NCBI GenBank assembly: GCA_964526225.1
Contig: CAZGLL010000004.1
Span: forward strand, 3,455-67,454
Source: an uncultured Desulfurococcales archaeon
GTDB taxonomy: Archaea; Thermoproteota; Thermoprotei_A; EX4484-217-1
DNA: 64,000 nucleotides
Reading direction: 5' to 3'
The notes under the pieces were generated by a model. The model did not search any database. It had not been told where the DNA came from and was given only the letters and a program-made list of their open reading frames with translations. The first letter of the stretch is position 1. Every line of letters begins with the position of its first letter. This document shows positions 54,876-64,000 of this stretch, in pieces. The translations under genes and the position numbers were made by a program.

Positions 54876-56069
54876 ATGGTTCTAACTATAGACAACGAGT
54901 TTAGAGTTGTTTTTGATAAGAAATTTTATAATGAAGAACATTCGTTATGGGCTAAATTTGAAGATGGAAGAGTAATGGATGCTTCAGATGCAGCTAAAAG
55001 AGCATCAACTATAAGTGGACAGCTAGTTTCCATAAGACCAGCAGATAAAGAGAAACGTAGATTCTTTTTCTATAAGAAAAACGAGAAGGTAGGTGAACTA
55101 TACTTCGGTACTTCCGAGGAAAGCCTTGCTTACTTAACGTCAACGGACCCTTCACTCTTTCTTGCCTTTCTAGAGAAGATCCTAAAAGCCATCTCAGCTA
55201 GTGGAATGTATCCAGTAGTCTTAGAGTCAATAGGTGAACTTAAGAAACCTAAAGAGTTAACTATTGGCGTACTTAACCACGAATATCTTTCATCAATTAT
55301 GAAAGCTATAAATGGAGAATTTAGGAAGGTAGCTTTCATAGAGAAAATACCTGAAACACTCTTAGAAGAGTTAAGTCGGAAACATAGTAAATATGGTACT
55401 TTAGTTGTAACCTCAGTTAATGGTAAACGTAATGTAGAAAAGCCTACATATGAGCCTCCAGAACATGACATTCCACTTTACCCTGAACTTTGCCCTATAG
55501 GTTTCACAATAGGTTTCACGCCTAATTTAAGTGAATGGCTTACAATACATTATGATCCCGTAGGGGTTTATAGTGTAGGGTACTATGCAATAAATGGCAA
55601 ATACGATTTCGTAAGAAAATGGGAATTGTTCTTTATGGAGAAAAATGACTTAGGAGAATTCAGGCTGACAAAAATTAATGGTGAATTTAAGGTAAAGGAA
55701 TGGATGCATGTTTTAATGAAGGACACTGTAAAGAATGGTGATGAATTAAGAAGTATCGTTGCCAAAAGCTTCAATACAAGAGATGAAAGTGTTCTTGCAA
55801 CATTCTACATTGTTCCAATAAAACGGGTTAAAAAGGAACTTACCGAATGCGAAATTTATGTTTACAGTAAATACTGGCCCTCACCTAAGCTCGTAAGACT
55901 ATACATGAAGACTTGTTTAGGAGAGCCTAACGCTAGTTTATTCTGGATAAAACATGTTAATCTAACACCCTCGATGAAATGGTCTAAGGTATGGATGCAC
56001 TGGGCTAAGCCGACGAAAATATCCATTATTACAGCTTGTGTTCTAAGCATTTTAAAAGAAGCTAGATGA
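54876..56069 (+). CDS. Hypothetical protein
   Basis: 397 aa. No motif was recognised. Confidence 0.4.
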   Translation: MVLTIDNEFRVVFDKKFYNEEHSLWAKFEDGRVMDASDAAKRASTISGQLVSIRPADKEKRRFFFYKKNEKVGELYFGTSEESLAYLTSTDPSLFLAFLEKILKAISASGMYPVVLESIGELKKPKELTIGVLNHEYLSSIMKAINGEFRKVAFIEKIPETLLEELSRKHSKYGTLVVTSVNGKRNVEKPTYEPPEHDIPLYPELCPIGFTIGFTPNLSEWLTIHYDPVGVYSVGYYAINGKYDFVRKWELFFMEKNDLGEFRLTKINGEFKVKEWMHVLMKDTVKNGDELRSIVAKSFNTRDESVLATFYIVPIKRVKKELTECEIYVYSKYWPSPKLVRLYMKTCLGEPNASLFWIKHVNLTPSMKWSKVWMHWAKPTKISIITACVLSILKEAR

Positions 56070-57129
56070 TGAAACCTAAACCCTTGTTTGGAACATACTT
56101 GCCCACAATATTTATTTTAAATCCACAATAGGGGCACTTATTGTCCTTAGTAAGCTTGTAATAAATTACCCTATAACCTGACCTAGCAATTAGCGGTTTA
56201 CCGCACTTCGGACAATAGGTTGTTTCATACCTTGGATCACCTATATTCCCCACATAAACATACTTTATACCGTACTTCTTAGCCTTCTCATATATTTCAA
56301 AGAGGGTCTTTAAAGAAGTTGGAGGCTCATGATATTTCCATGATGGATAATATCTGTTAATATGTAAGGGAACATCGTAACCTAAAATTTCAACATGTTT
56401 CTCTAAAACCCACTCATAGCATTCATTATAATCATTGGCGCCGGTAACAACTAGAAATACCATTTCAACATGTATGCCTAAATCTAAAGCTACTTTAGCG
56501 TTTCTAAAAATCACCATCGGATCTAATGCACCAATAAATTTCTTGTACGTTTCTCTGCATCCTTTAATATCGAAATTTAATCCATCAAGCCCTGCTTCTT
56601 TAAGTTCCTTTAAAGCTTCTAATGTCATGTATCCATTGCTTACAATAGTATTGTATAAACCATGCTTCTTGGCTTCTCTAAATGCATCTACAAGATATTC
56701 TAAATGTATTGTCGGTTCATTGAAGCTAGCACATAATCCTTCATCACCGTTTCTAACGGCTTTTTTAACAAGTTTTTCCGGAGGAACATAGTACTGTTCG
56801 TTTACTGATAGAGTATTAAAGCTTAGTGAAAAATTCTGGCACCAAGGACAATGGAAATTGCAACTCCAACCTGAAAAAGTAAGAGCAGTACTATTAGGCC
56901 AGAAGTGGAAAAGCGGTTTAATCTCTATAGGCCTACTTTCTACAGCACTTAGTACACCATATCCTATATTGTAAAGTTCGCCATCAATGTTCATTCTATT
57001 TCCGCAATATCCCCTCTCGCCTGTTCCTATAAGGCATCTTCTTTCACAAACGTTACATAAAACATAGTTCCTACTAACTTTAAAATATAACCTTGCTTTA
57101 ACTAGACTACGTTTTTTGCTAACAATCAT
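56062..57129 (-). CDS. Radical SAM enzyme of the AmmeMemoRadiSam / pyruvate-formate-lyase-activase-like type
   Basis: 355 aa. It has an N-terminal Cys cluster (CNVCERRC...YCGN), the radical-SAM site SGWSCNFHCPWCQNF and a C-terminal zinc ribbon (CPKCG...CPYCG). Confidence 0.75.
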   Translation of the reverse strand: MIVSKKRSLVKARLYFKVSRNYVLCNVCERRCLIGTGERGYCGNRMNIDGELYNIGYGVLSAVESRPIEIKPLFHFWPNSTALTFSGWSCNFHCPWCQNFSLSFNTLSVNEQYYVPPEKLVKKAVRNGDEGLCASFNEPTIHLEYLVDAFREAKKHGLYNTIVSNGYMTLEALKELKEAGLDGLNFDIKGCRETYKKFIGALDPMVIFRNAKVALDLGIHVEMVFLVVTGANDYNECYEWVLEKHVEILGYDVPLHINRYYPSWKYHEPPTSLKTLFEIYEKAKKYGIKYVYVGNIGDPRYETTYCPKCGKPLIARSGYRVIYYKLTKDNKCPYCGFKINIVGKYVPNKGLGFII

Positions 57130-57515
57130 TTTCTCAGTCTTCTAAGCATCTCTAACGCTTCTTTTTCATACTCTACTTGTTCCTCACCTATCTCTATAAA
57201 TTTAAGTGGTTCCTCAACTATTCTAAAGTACCTTACAGGAATTCCCTTATCCTTAGCGAACAATATCTCCTTTAAAACACCATCACTTACTTCGCCGAAA
57301 ACCCATAGTTCATCACATCTAATTATAAGTTCAAAATTAGCTTCCCTAACCTTATCTCTTTCAACGGTATCAAGTAGAAAATAATCGTAACATAGAAATG
57401 GGTTTAGCGGAACATTTCCTTGATCAAATACGAACTTAGCAACATGCCCCTTAAGATAATATCTTCTCTTAGACATAGCTGTAAATATAAGCTTCTTACC
57501 CATACCGAATGGCAC
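57126..57515 (-). CDS. Hypothetical protein
   Basis: 129 aa. It is translationally coupled to the radical-SAM gene by a 4-nt overlap. Confidence 0.35.
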   Translation of the reverse strand: MPFGMGKKLIFTAMSKRRYYLKGHVAKFVFDQGNVPLNPFLCYDYFLLDTVERDKVREANFELIIRCDELWVFGEVSDGVLKEILFAKDKGIPVRYFRIVEEPLKFIEIGEEQVEYEKEALEMLRRLRK

Positions 57516-57958
57516 CTTCGCTTATAAATTTCAGGATTTCATTTAAAAATTTAAACCCTAACAGCAAATGAGTGGATCAAAGTAGAATTTAATGATCAGA
57601 GTCTTAAGCATTATACATAGAATGAAGGAAGAAGAAACAACAATTCTACAAATAAACCATAATACTTTCATCAATAAATAAGCAAAACTATATTGGGCCA
57701 GCTGTTTTCTGGGTCTCAGGAAAGGCGATAACAAAGTTCTTCTAATAAAGCTGAGTACCAAAGAGATGGCGTATTTAACTAAGTATTTAGATGTTGCGTT
57801 AAATGAAGCCTTTAGAAGGGAACAAGAGCTTATTGCAAAATCTTCTGGAAGGGAAAGCAATTGATTTTAAATATTTTTAATGATGCTACGACATATTTAA
57901 TAAATTTTTTCCGATGAAGTGATGTGGAGGAAATGCTTAAATATACAGTGTAACATAT

Positions 57959-58960
57959 TTGATGTGCGGTGCTTGGAGATGTATCTTCCAAGTCGTTGAA
58001 ACAACGATTTCTAAGGAGAAAAGCTCTACTGTAATCTCCCCTACAAATGCCACTAGTAAAGACACTAAATCTCTTAGAAGTCATTTCGATATCGTTCTTA
58101 GTGATTCTGCAACGATAATTTTAGCGTATGATATCATCAGACTTGAAGAGAAACTTATAGTTGAAGAATTTAGGAAAAGAGGTATTGAACCGAAATTACT
58201 TAACGTTACAGCTTATCCTCTACACTTCAGTAACGGTTTTCTAAGAAAAGCAAACATAGCTTTAATAAGACCTATAAGTATGTATCGCGCCTTCTATACA
58301 GCAGTTGTTTTAGAAACGAACGGTGTACACACGATAAACAATAGCGAAACAATTCTAACATGTGGAGACAAAATTCTAGCGTACAAAAAACTTCTCGAAA
58401 ACAAGTTACCAATACCTGAAACAGTTGTTGCTTTCACAACGGATTCAGCATTGCAAGCGTACAACATAATAGGCTTCCCCGTAATAGACAAACCACCTAT
58501 CGGAAGTTGGGGTAGGCTCGTATCGCTTATCGAAAGCAGTAAGGAAGGCATTTTAGTTGCTGAACATAGAGAAAACCTACCTTCAACACAGCTAAAAATT
58601 CATGTTGTTCAAGAATATGTTCCGACATCAAACATGGACATTAGATGTTTAGTTGTAGGGGACCAAGTTCTAGGGTGTATTAAGAGAAAAGCTACGTCAG
58701 GGGATTGGAGAAGCAATGTTGCAAGAGGAGGTAAAGTAGAAGCACTGAAACTAAATGAGGAGCTAATGGAGCTCTCACTTAAAGCGGCTAAGGCAGTAAG
58801 AGCTGAAGTATTATCGGTAGATATTTTGGTTCATCCTGAAAAAGGATATTTAGTTAATGAAGTAAATGGTGTTCCTGAATTTAAAGGTTTCATGAAAGCA
58901 ACCGGAATAAATGTTCCAGAAAAAATAGTTGAATATGTTGTTTCCAAAGTTAAAAGGTAG
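57959..58960 (+). CDS. ATP-grasp LysW-amino-acid ligase (LysX/ArgX, RimK family)
   Basis: From residue ~52 onward it is collinear with LysX (ILAYDIIRLEEKL..., KPPIGSWGRLV, EYVPTSNMDIRCLVVGD, NVARGGK, LVNEVNGVPEFKG). The first ~50 aa have no counterpart in LysX, and no in-frame ATG, GTG or TTG exists at the homology start. Confidence 0.8.
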   Translation: MMCGAWRCIFQVVETTISKEKSSTVISPTNATSKDTKSLRSHFDIVLSDSATIILAYDIIRLEEKLIVEEFRKRGIEPKLLNVTAYPLHFSNGFLRKANIALIRPISMYRAFYTAVVLETNGVHTINNSETILTCGDKILAYKKLLENKLPIPETVVAFTTDSALQAYNIIGFPVIDKPPIGSWGRLVSLIESSKEGILVAEHRENLPSTQLKIHVVQEYVPTSNMDIRCLVVGDQVLGCIKRKATSGDWRSNVARGGKVEALKLNEELMELSLKAAKAVRAEVLSVDILVHPEKGYLVNEVNGVPEFKGFMKATGINVPEKIVEYVVSKVKR

Positions 58961-58968
58961 GTGCATGA

Positions 58969-59904
58969 GTGATGAATCTTAAAGGTAGAGATTTCCTTTG
59001 GCTAGGAGATTATAGTAAAGAAGAACTAGAGTTTATACTTAAAGTGACTGCTCAACTTAAGGAGAGATACTATGCTGGAGAAAGAATAGTTCCTGTGCTT
59101 AAAGGTAAAACATTGGCTTTAATATTTCAAAAGCCAAGTACAAGAACTAGGGTAAGTTTCGAAGTAGCTATGAAGCAGCTTGGAGGATTCACAATAACCC
59201 TAAATTGGAATGAACTACAGCTTGGCAGAGGAGAGACAATAGCGGATACTGCAAGGGTTATGAGCAGATATGTTGATGGAATTATGGCGAGAGTATATTC
59301 ACACAATGACCTCGTTGAATTAGCAAAGTACTCTACAGTACCTGTAATTAACGGGTTAAGCGACTCATTTCATCCAGTACAGGCTTTATCAGACATGTTC
59401 ACTATATTTGAGAAGAAAGGTAGGCTTAAAGGAATAAAGCTGGTGTTCCTAGGTGATGGAGGAAACAATGTTGCTCAAAGCCTACTCGTAGCTTCAGCAA
59501 AACTAGGAGTAAACATTACGGTATCTTCACCGCCAAAATATAGGCCCTCAAAAGAGGTTTTAGAGGTAGCTGAAGAAGCAGCTAAACATAGCGGTTCACA
59601 AATAGACTTCATTGAAGACCCGTATGAAGCAGTAGAAGACGCGGATGTAATATACACTGACGTATGGGTTAGTATGGGCCAAGAGAAAGAGAGAGAAACA
59701 AGGATTAAGGAATTAAGTAAGTACCAAGTTAACACTAAACTTATGAAGCACGCTAAGAAAGACGCTATATTCATGCATTGCTTACCAGCACATAGAGGTC
59801 AAGAAGTAACTGATGATGTAATAGATGGTCCATGGTCTGTCGTATGGGATCAAGCTGAAAATAGAATGCATACGCAAAAAGCGCTTCTAGCATTACTTCT
59901 TTAA
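58969..59904 (+). CDS. argF: Ornithine carbamoyltransferase
   Basis: 311 aa with the carbamoyl-phosphate site STRTRVSFE, the ornithine site [11 protein letters not shown] and [12 protein letters not shown]. Confidence 0.93.
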   Translation: MMNLKGRDFLWLGDYSKEELEFILKVTAQLKERYYAGERIVPVLKGKTLALIFQKPSTRTRVSFEVAMKQLGGFTITLNWNELQLGRGETIADTARVMSRYVDGIMARVYSHNDLVELAKYSTVPVINGLSDSFHPVQALSDMFTIFEKKGRLKGIKLVFLGDGGNNVAQSLLVASAKLGVNITVSSPPKYRPSKEVLEVAEEAAKHSGSQIDFIEDPYEAVEDADVIYTDVWVSMGQEKERETRIKELSKYQVNTKLMKHAKKDAIFMHCLPAHRGQEVTDDVIDGPWSVVWDQAENRMHTQKALLALLL

Positions 59905-60354
59905 AGAACTTAGCGGAAAAATCTCCATTAGGGTGGCTATAACCGTAGGTAAAACTATTAAGAAGCCGTAAGCGTAAAGTATAAGTCTTAAATCTATGGT
60001 TACTTCAACAGCGACATTATCTACAATAACGGTTCTACTGAAAATTCCGCTTTCCAATAAGGTGTAGATTAGTAGGAAGCTTATTATGAATAAAGCTAAA
60101 CGAAGCGATTTACCTAAAACCTTCCATACTCTGCTTTCTTCAAGAACCCCTATGATTATCGATAGAAAAATTATTGTTGCGAAATAAGCTTCAACATTAT
60201 ATTCAACAGTAAATACGTACTCAGTCTTAAAACTCTCATATAATGATTTTTCAAAATAACCTCCAATACTACTAATAAGCCATAAGGGAATAATTATGGT
60301 TACAATTGATGTTCCCAAACCCTTCAGAACTCCCTTAATAATGCTTTTCCACAA
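59893..60354 (-). CDS. Membrane protein
   Basis: 153 aa with 4 hydrophobic helices. Confidence 0.4.
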   Translation of the reverse strand: MWKSIIKGVLKGLGTSIVTIIIPLWLISSIGGYFEKSLYESFKTEYVFTVEYNVEAYFATIIFLSIIIGVLEESRVWKVLGKSLRLALFIISFLLIYTLLESGIFSRTVIVDNVAVEVTIDLRLILYAYGFLIVLPTVIATLMEIFPLSSLKK

Positions 60355-60366
60355 CTTACATCACCA

Positions 60367-61092
60367 CTAAATTTTAATGATTATTGTTCTCGAGGAAACA
60401 ACTTTCCCCTTTACCAGTAGGTTTATGGAGAAAGCAACCCCCTTCTCTAAATCTTCCTTTGGAACATTAACTAGGGGTAGGTTTAAAACAGTGGTATTAC
60501 ATGGCATTAATGTGATATTTGATGTTTTAGAATAATTTAGTGCTGTAAAAACGACCTTACCATGAATTTCTAATGGTAAATAGTTAATTATAGTAGCGTT
60601 CATAGTTACACTACATTCTGAATTATAAGCGGTGTAGCCTACTTTAAGAGGCTCTATTTTGATTCCGTAAGCATCTTTGAAATCTCTAAAAGCTATCTTC
60701 AGCGGTATAATGCCGTCGTAATTGAATTCGAAGCCTAATAACAAAGAACTGTTCCCATAAATTACGTTTCCTAAGTATTCTAAAGGAACTTTGATTGTTA
60801 AATTAGCTGTTTCGTTATGCCCTAAATTTATGGAGTGACTTTTTAAAGTAATATTTTTTATTTTCAAAAACGCTTTGAAGTTTTTTAACACACGTTGTCC
60901 ATTATAGCTAACTTCAATGTTAAACTTTAAGCCATCATTTTCGGGTATGCATTCAATGTTAGCTATTTTTGCTTTGAAATTTCCCTGACCTAAATCGGAA
61001 GTTAATGAGAATATTTCGATAAGTAACACTAAAAATATGAGTAATGCTAATGCGTAACCTAGCAGTTTAATTAAACTGCTAATTCCCTTCAA
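60367..61092 (-). CDS. Secreted/membrane-anchored hypothetical protein
   Basis: 241 aa with an N-terminal TM/signal segment (LALLIFLVLLIEIF) and a beta-rich remainder. Confidence 0.4.
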   Translation of the reverse strand: MKGISSLIKLLGYALALLIFLVLLIEIFSLTSDLGQGNFKAKIANIECIPENDGLKFNIEVSYNGQRVLKNFKAFLKIKNITLKSHSINLGHNETANLTIKVPLEYLGNVIYGNSSLLLGFEFNYDGIIPLKIAFRDFKDAYGIKIEPLKVGYTAYNSECSVTMNATIINYLPLEIHGKVVFTALNYSKTSNITLMPCNTTVLNLPLVNVPKEDLEKGVAFSINLLVKGKVVSSRTIIIKI

Positions 61093-61121
61093 AGTTTAGC
61101 ACCGAAGCACTAATGCCACTA

Positions 61122-61409
61122 TTAGTAATGTTCTTCTTCACTAGCTGTTAGTAACGATACTCCTCTTAGTGTAATTATTGAACTAATCCATCCCATTATT
61201 CCTAAGAAAGCTATTTTCATTACTAAGTATATTCCCCAACTAAGCATCCATGAAATAATGTTTTCTGTAGAGCTTGCTTCAGGTATTGCTACGCTTTTGT
61301 ATTCTATATATGCGAAAATAAACACTGTAAGCAGTAAAACCAAACCTATTGCTAAAAGAATAAAACCACTATATTTACTTGCTTTCTTGGACAATATATT
61401 CTGCCTCAA
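61122..61409 (-). CDS. Small membrane protein
   Basis: 95 aa with two hydrophobic helices. Confidence 0.3.
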   Translation of the reverse strand: MRQNILSKKASKYSGFILLAIGLVLLLTVFIFAYIEYKSVAIPEASSTENIISWMLSWGIYLVMKIAFLGIMGWISSIITLRGVSLLTASEEEHY

Positions 61410-61626
61410 AATAATAGATGTTTTTAGTTATGTAAAAATGTTGTTAACAATAGGTTTTAACCTAAAAATCCGCGTATTTTAGCTGTTTCAGTAACGTATG
61501 AGAAGACTTCGAATCCGATGATGCTTGAGAAACCATTGTAACATATCTTTCCTCAAGTTCCTCACAGTTTTTACTTAATATGTCAATGTTTTTCAACGTC
61601 TTCATATTAGTTTTCCCGTAAATATC

Positions 61627-63501
61627 CTATGATATTTCGATTAAACCTAGCTTTGCTAATGCTTGAATAGTTCTCGCAAAGTCCTTCTCTTCGAACCATC
61701 CATATTCTGAAACCATTAGTTCGTAAAGTTCACGATATGTCCATGGCTTAGTGTTTAATGCAACTATGGTGCTGTATGTTATTGAGAACAATGCTCTATT
61801 CTTCTCCATTAACTTAGCTAGTTTCATAGCGAGCTTTGGTTGCTTAGATAATGCTTTTCTCATGCTGAACATTTGCTTTACCTTAAGCTTTAATGTTTTA
61901 TCTTCTAGTTTTCTAGAGACCTTAACCTTAACGTCCCTATATTTTATTTTTCTTGAAATATCTTTCTTTATTTTCTTGACCTTGCCGCAAAAACTGCTCC
62001 ATCTCTTACATATGCTTTCTAAGCTAGATAAAGCGTAGTTTAGGTAGTATTTCGAAAAAATGTTCCTTAAAACATTGGCTTCTTTATGACTTAATATTGT
62101 TGCTAATTTTTCATAGTAATCTCTCATTAAGTATGAGTGTATTATTTCAACTATTGTTTGTGGAGGGGTTTTAAGCGAAACAGTATAGCCTAGTGTTAAA
62201 GCCATAATACCTGACATTTTAAGCATTTCAGGATCTACTTTATCAGGGGTGTCCATATGTGTATGATAGTACCTATCCGGCCACTGATTAAGCATTATTG
62301 AGGGTTTTCTTGCAAAACAGAAAACGTCATGATCGCTTCCTACGGAATACTCTGTTGAAGCATATCTTACCTTAGGGGTTCTTGTTGAGCTACTAAATGT
62401 CTGCTCTCTTCTAAACACAATATCTGCTATATACTCAGCTAATTCATTTCCAAAGTAAGGTAGAACTAAGGGGGACTTTATTATGTTAAATACCGAACCT
62501 ACTTTCCATTGGGATTCGCCGACCATGTCCAAATTTATTAGGAAACTTACTTCACTAACTACTGATGGTTCTTTAGCTAGAATAGCTAACGTACCCGTAT
62601 ACTCTGGAACCCAAATGAATCTAAAGCCTAATTCTCCTCGATTAAGTTCTCCCCTATCATAGATTGTCTTTATTGTTCTAGCCATTTCGATCAATGTTGC
62701 TGAGCCAGAAGCATTATCATTAGCTCCCGGTGATGGATGACAATAGTGAGCTATGAAACCGACATATTCTTCTCTTTCACCTTCAACATCAGCTACTATT
62801 GAGAATCCCTGTTTAACCCTATGTTCAGCATCTACAAAGGCTTGAACAACAACATTCCTACCACGTTCGATAGCTGAAATCATTTCGTTAGCTACTCTTT
62901 CAGAAACAGATAATGCAATGGTTTTCGAGAACTTTCTAGTCTCCTTCCTAGTAAGAAATAGTCCAAAATAGGGTACAGCATTTGGTTCAGGAGAATTCCT
63001 CTTAAAAACAATTATACCTTTAGCTCCAGCTTTAGCTGCTTCTACGAAAACATTGTAGGGTCTTTCAGATACGAGAACAAATTTCCCTTCAACATTCACC
63101 TTCCTAAAAATCCCCGATTTCCAAGAGCCAACGTATACTACTTCTCCTTCGAAAACTTCCCCACGAGTTCCCGGGGAATGAGCAACCACCATCGTTGGAA
63201 CTTCCTTAAACGTCGAAATGAGTTTTTCATGAGGCTTAACTACTTTCAACCAAGCATCCCTAATGTCCCATCCTAAAGGCACCGTGAAACCGAAGAATTC
63301 GGAAACACCATTAAACATGAATGTTACCTTCTTAACGCTTAAACCGTAACCTTTAACTTGTTTGAAAATGTAGTTTCCAGCATCAATAAGCCCCTGCGAA
63401 CCCTGAATCCTATGATACCTAGAAATTTCGTAGACATGTTCCAAAGCACTTTTCGACGAAAACTCCTTCTCAAAAATCTTAACTGTCTTCTTCAAATCCA
63501 A
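61627..63501 (-). CDS. M28-family zinc peptidase with PA domain and long C-terminal extension
   Basis: 624 aa. The M28 metal-ligand region is HYCHPSPGANDNASGSATLIEMAR, with downstream HTHMDTPDKVD. A ~170-aa Lys-rich helical C-terminal extension follows. Confidence 0.75.
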   Translation of the reverse strand: MDLKKTVKIFEKEFSSKSALEHVYEISRYHRIQGSQGLIDAGNYIFKQVKGYGLSVKKVTFMFNGVSEFFGFTVPLGWDIRDAWLKVVKPHEKLISTFKEVPTMVVAHSPGTRGEVFEGEVVYVGSWKSGIFRKVNVEGKFVLVSERPYNVFVEAAKAGAKGIIVFKRNSPEPNAVPYFGLFLTRKETRKFSKTIALSVSERVANEMISAIERGRNVVVQAFVDAEHRVKQGFSIVADVEGEREEYVGFIAHYCHPSPGANDNASGSATLIEMARTIKTIYDRGELNRGELGFRFIWVPEYTGTLAILAKEPSVVSEVSFLINLDMVGESQWKVGSVFNIIKSPLVLPYFGNELAEYIADIVFRREQTFSSSTRTPKVRYASTEYSVGSDHDVFCFARKPSIMLNQWPDRYYHTHMDTPDKVDPEMLKMSGIMALTLGYTVSLKTPPQTIVEIIHSYLMRDYYEKLATILSHKEANVLRNIFSKYYLNYALSSLESICKRWSSFCGKVKKIKKDISRKIKYRDVKVKVSRKLEDKTLKLKVKQMFSMRKALSKQPKLAMKLAKLMEKNRALFSITYSTIVALNTKPWTYRELYELMVSEYGWFEEKDFARTIQALAKLGLIEIS

Positions 63502-63625
63502 AACAATACCACCCTATCTTACTACAATAATGGTTATGGTTATTAAGTGATTTTCTCAAAGCAGTCTATGGCTATACGAAAATTACTTCTTCAAATTTCT
63601 CCTTAAACTCAGGATGCTTCCAAAG

Positions 63626-63886
63626 CTATCTCTTAACGAAACTACATGAAACCTTAAGCTTCCTAAAACCTTTGCTTAAAGCGTAGTTCAAGGCCTCCCT
63701 AACAGCAATAGAAGCTAAACCCCTACCTCTAAAAGCCCTAAGTGTGTACGTTGAAACTAGATGGAAAACATCATCTTCAATCCTATATAAAAGTCTAACA
63801 GCTCTTTTACCGCATACTTTAACATAAAACATTTCATTATTAAAACCAACTTCAACTTCTTCGCACTTGTCAACATCTAGCTTCAT
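63626..63886 (-). CDS. Small GNAT-family N-acetyltransferase-like protein
   Basis: 86 aa. RGRGLASIAVREALNYA resembles the GNAT motif-A acetyl-CoA loop. Confidence 0.4.
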   Translation of the reverse strand: MKLDVDKCEEVEVGFNNEMFYVKVCGKRAVRLLYRIEDDVFHLVSTYTLRAFRGRGLASIAVREALNYALSKGFRKLKVSCSFVKR

Positions 63887-64000
63887 GACCTAGATCCCGC
63901 GGAACTTCTTCCTTTAAAAACTTCAAGAAAGCAGATAAAGATTTCTCTTACAAAATTATTAAAGAGACATTAGGTATCTAACTCTTCAGCAAAGTTACAA

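Noticed and set aside
57765-57866. 33-aa ORF upstream of the LysX/ArgX gene, considered as a possible LysW carrier protein
   Set aside because: No Zn-ribbon cysteines and no acidic EDWGE-type C-terminus. Its composition is unlike LysW.
57870-57960. Possible C/D-box sRNA (AAUGAUGC ... GUGAUGU) in the leader of the LysX/ArgX gene
   Set aside because: C-box-like elements are present but no D or D' box (CUGA) occurs in the right place or orientation.
21863-63546. Further short embedded or overlapping ORFs in this span (21179..21364, 21863..22129, 24630..25280, 25505..25702, 25898..26527, 30578..31156, 31807..32073, 32707..32898, 34406..35154, 35765..36097, 37259..37462, 39060..39281, 39603..39962, 40769..40963, 42132..42317, 43882..44214, 44967..45302, 45717..45977, 46076..46990, 47158..48487, 49340..49570, 50507..51319, 52243..52758, 54451..54648, 55130..56050, 56435..56791, 57558..58084, 58294..58551, 59475..59774, 61258..61482, 61751..62038, 63358..63546)
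   Set aside because: All are antisense or out-of-frame within confidently assigned genes or overlap their starts. None has a recognisable motif.
1-64000. CRISPR arrays, rRNA genes, IS elements or integrases
   Set aside because: No regularly spaced direct repeats were seen on reading. No rRNA-like conserved stretches, transposase or integrase ORFs were seen. The only mobile-element signature is the LAGLIDADG remnant in the tRNA intron.

Overview
This 64-kb window looks like an AT-rich (estimated ~37% GC) archaeal chromosomal segment, probably from a hyperthermophilic crenarchaeon. The evidence is BRE/TATA-like promoters, leaderless and overlapping genes, LysW-pathway enzymes, MptA/MptE-type pterin genes and a BHB-intron tRNA. 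Gene density is high and most genes sit in short operons. No rRNA genes, CRISPR arrays, transposases or integrases were seen.

Recognisable modules, in order along the window:
- A complete glycine-cleavage system: gcvPB and gcvPA on the minus strand, gcvT and gcvH on the plus strand.
- A methanopterin/sulfopterin-like pterin-cofactor biosynthesis cluster: CofE-like ligase, PTPS/QueD family, MptA GTP cyclohydrolase, beta-RFAP synthase-like, archaeal DHPS-related protein and MptE-like HPPK.
- A nearby CitG-like/DUF763 gene set of unknown function.
- TrkH.
- LysW-pathway and arginine enzymes: LysJ/ArgD aminotransferase, LysX/ArgX ATP-grasp ligase and ornithine carbamoyltransferase.
- A MacB-type ABC exporter with a 739-aa surface protein.
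- A MoxR/DUF58/transglutaminase cluster.
- TatD and TrpB2.
- Mannosyl-3-phosphoglycerate synthase.
- A compact Ech/Coo-like group-4 [NiFe]-hydrogenase locus with a CooF-like ferredoxin and an embedded HdrB-like CCG protein, followed by hypD, hypE, hypC and hypF.
- Two radical-SAM enzymes.
- An M28/PA peptidase.

The most unusual locus is a tRNA-Gln(CUG) gene on the minus strand whose two exons are separated by a 959-nt intron at the canonical 37/38 position. The splice sites sit in a canonical bulge-helix-bulge fold that includes a 17-bp perfect helix. The intron carries, antisense to the tRNA, a frame-disrupted double-motif LAGLIDADG homing-endonuclease gene. That gene is itself interrupted by a GC-rich hairpin insertion.

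A second GC-rich structured intergenic element, at 41140-41275, is a candidate ncRNA.
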